A stretch of DNA of 55,507 bases, taken from a candidate division WOR-3 bacterium (GTDB lineage Bacteria; Hydrothermota; Hydrothermia; LBFQ01; DSFT01). Position numbers and translations under genes: made by a program. The stretch spans positions 1 through 55,507 of the forward strand of contig CBFGJN010000003.1 in NCBI GenBank assembly GCA_965649115.1, written 5' to 3'. Positions 54,054 through 55,507 of this stretch are shown piece after piece (position 1 is the stretch's first letter; each line of letters starts with the position of its first letter). Below the pieces are notes generated by a model. It had not been told where the DNA came from. It searched no databases and worked only from the letters and a program-made list of their open reading frames with translations.

Positions 54054-55350
54054 AGTCCGAAAAGTTTAATGCTAAAATTCCATCTTTTAAATTATAAGCT
54101 TTAAATCCCATATTTCTCAATCTAATAGTTAAAGCATAGCTTTTTCTACCACTATTACAATATAAGACAATTTTATGAGTTTTCTTAAATTTAGATAAAT
54201 TTTTTAAATGTTTCTCAATTTCTTCTGATGGAATGTTAATTGAGTTTTCAATTTTAAGTTCATTCATTTCATCAGAACTTCTTACATCAATAATGATAAC
54301 ATTATTTTCTTTAAGCATTTCTTTAAGTTCATTATAATCAATTTCAATTTTTAAATCCTCTAATTTTTCTTTATATTCTTTAAGTTCTAAAACTCTCTTA
54401 CATTTTGAACATATTTCACTATTTGATGGCATTGAACAAATTGAACAAGCTTTAATATCTTCTAATTCTTCATTTAAGTTCTTTTCATATAGTGGAATAA
54501 TTTTTTTCCTAAAAATTGAAAGAAGTCTAAATTTAATATCAGGTTGTGTTTTTTCTAATTCATCAATCCAATTTTTGATTTGTTTTATTGTTGTTATTTC
54601 TCCATGAGGACAAGAACATTCTTGAACTGGAAGATCATTTAAACTAACATAATATAAGTCTTCAATTTCGGGTGTAGTTATTAAGGGTTTTATTTTTCTT
54701 GGATAACCATTTAAAAGTGGTTTTAAAACAGGTTTTAATTTTCTTATCCCTTCAAAATCACCACTTAAAAATAGGGACATCATTGTAGAAACAGTATCAT
54801 CTAAATTATGGCCTGTTGCTAATGCATTAGCATTTACTTTAACTGATAATAAAGTAAATATATTTCTTTTTATTGTTCCACAAACGGAACACATTTTGTC
54901 TTTGTACTTTGTAATCAGAAAGTCATCAATTGTATAACCTTCTTTCTCTTTAAGATTGTATATTTCTAATGGGATTTTTAAGTTTTCACAAAGTTTAATA
55001 ACTTTCTTTTCAAGATGGTCAGAATAGTACTTAATTCCGAGATTTATATAAAAAGCAAATATATCCTGTTCTTTAAAAGCCATTTTAAGCGCATGTAATA
55101 ATGCAACACTATCTTTACCTCCTGAGACTGCAACTGCAACTCTTTCATTTTTGTTGAACATTTTAAATTCTTCAACAACCCTTCTAATTCTATTTATAAA
55201 GAAATCATTAAAACAACTTTTACAAAACTTTTGTTTTGCATATCTAATTTCAATAATAGCACTATCTTTTTTACATCTTGAACATCTACCAATAGGTTCT
55301 AATTTTAATTTTATTCTACCAATTCCACATTTACCATAAAAAATTTCCAT
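54004..55350 (-). CDS. TtuA/TtcA-family tRNA thiolase fused to a C-terminal rhodanese domain
   Basis: Zn fingers CSRC..CKSC and CSIC..CSKC; PP-loop SGGKDS; CSVC; GHNLDD; rhodanese IDVR..VLYCNSGRKS. Confidence 0.85.
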   Translation of the reverse strand: MEIFYGKCGIGRIKLKLEPIGRCSRCKKDSAIIEIRYAKQKFCKSCFNDFFINRIRRVVEEFKMFNKNERVAVAVSGGKDSVALLHALKMAFKEQDIFAFYINLGIKYYSDHLEKKVIKLCENLKIPLEIYNLKEKEGYTIDDFLITKYKDKMCSVCGTIKRNIFTLLSVKVNANALATGHNLDDTVSTMMSLFLSGDFEGIRKLKPVLKPLLNGYPRKIKPLITTPEIEDLYYVSLNDLPVQECSCPHGEITTIKQIKNWIDELEKTQPDIKFRLLSIFRKKIIPLYEKNLNEELEDIKACSICSMPSNSEICSKCKRVLELKEYKEKLEDLKIEIDYNELKEMLKENNVIIIDVRSSDEMNELKIENSINIPSEEIEKHLKNLSKFKKTHKIVLYCNSGRKSYALTIRLRNMGFKAYNLKDGILALNFSDYENLLSSSRSNGLQLK

Positions 55351-55360
55351 AAGTTATAAA

Positions 55361-55366
55361 ATTTTA
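55361..55366 (-). promoter_or_regulatory. -10-like box ACTT-TAAAAT
   Basis: 10 nt before ATG 55350; 21 nt from the complete TIR at 55388. Confidence 0.6.
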
Positions 55367-55378
55367 AAGTTTAAAAAT

Positions 55379-55405
55379 TGCTTTGTCTGCCTTGTCCAAT
55401 AATTC
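55379..55405 (+). mobile_element. Doubled MITE-type terminus followed by non-MITE sequence
   Basis: TGCTTTGTC immediately followed by TGCCTTGTCCAATAATTC; the next 100 nt do not match the other copies. Confidence 0.65.
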
Positions 55406-55507
55406 CCCCTCTACCTTCCCTATGGATACCCCCACTATATTTTAACTCATCCCCTCCCATATCAACCCCTCAATCAGCCAAATTACTATAACTATAAAAA
55501 CTATTCA

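Noticed and set aside
18241-55339. Other nested short ORFs (18241, 18486, 21110, 26063, 27986, 30101, 30684, 40312, 51610, 55151)
   Set aside because: They are shadows of real genes; 18486-18707 runs through MITE F.
1-55507. Intergenic repeats as a CRISPR array
   Set aside because: Copies are dispersed, 100-205 bp long, have TIRs and TSDs, lack regular unique spacers, and no cas genes are present.
1-55507. Repeats as REP/BIME elements mobilised by an HUH (RAYT) enzyme
   Set aside because: There is no constant GTAG/CGTC foot on the hairpins, and TIRs plus 9-bp duplications point to DDE chemistry. An ssDNA role for the hairpins stays open.
1-55507. tRNA, rRNA or known riboswitch genes
   Set aside because: All intergenic space is short or explained by the repeat family, and no cloverleaf or rRNA-like tract was seen. 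A covariance-model scan was not run.

Overview
A very AT-rich bacterial chromosomal window, about 27% GC by eye. The PorV-like gene and the T9SS/FlgD-type C-terminal domains suggest a diderm FCB-related lineage such as WOR-3; this is inference only. It carries about 45 genes: housekeeping genes (gmk, pckA, mnmA, queD, pyrD, kup, galE, radA, bamD, nadD, gyrB, sufD, pdxT, ftsE) and a 14-kb exbB-exbD-exbD-tonB-TBDR-PorV-secreted-protein operon. No rRNA, tRNA or CRISPR array was seen. The main unexplained structure is intergenic. About 20 copies or fragments of a 165-205 bp MITE-like element occupy most gaps between transcription units. The element has TGCTKTGTCYARTAA terminal inverted repeats, perfect 9-bp target duplications at three sites, and two covarying triloop hairpins. 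Its left end usually faces a host promoter, in five cases exactly 22 nt upstream of the -10 box. That promoter motif (CTT-TAAA[A/C]T-TT) lies 5-14 nt before the start codon of almost every first gene of a transcription unit, implying largely leaderless mRNAs. Strong Shine-Dalgarno sites occur only in the TonB operon. Other oddities: both ExbD copies have Asn at the essential Asp position, many exported proteins have only a 6-8 residue N-terminal hydrophobic stub, there is an SbnI/SerK-like kinase coupled to sufD, a TtuA-rhodanese fusion, and two interrupted ORFs. Family assignments come from motif recognition; no database searches were run.
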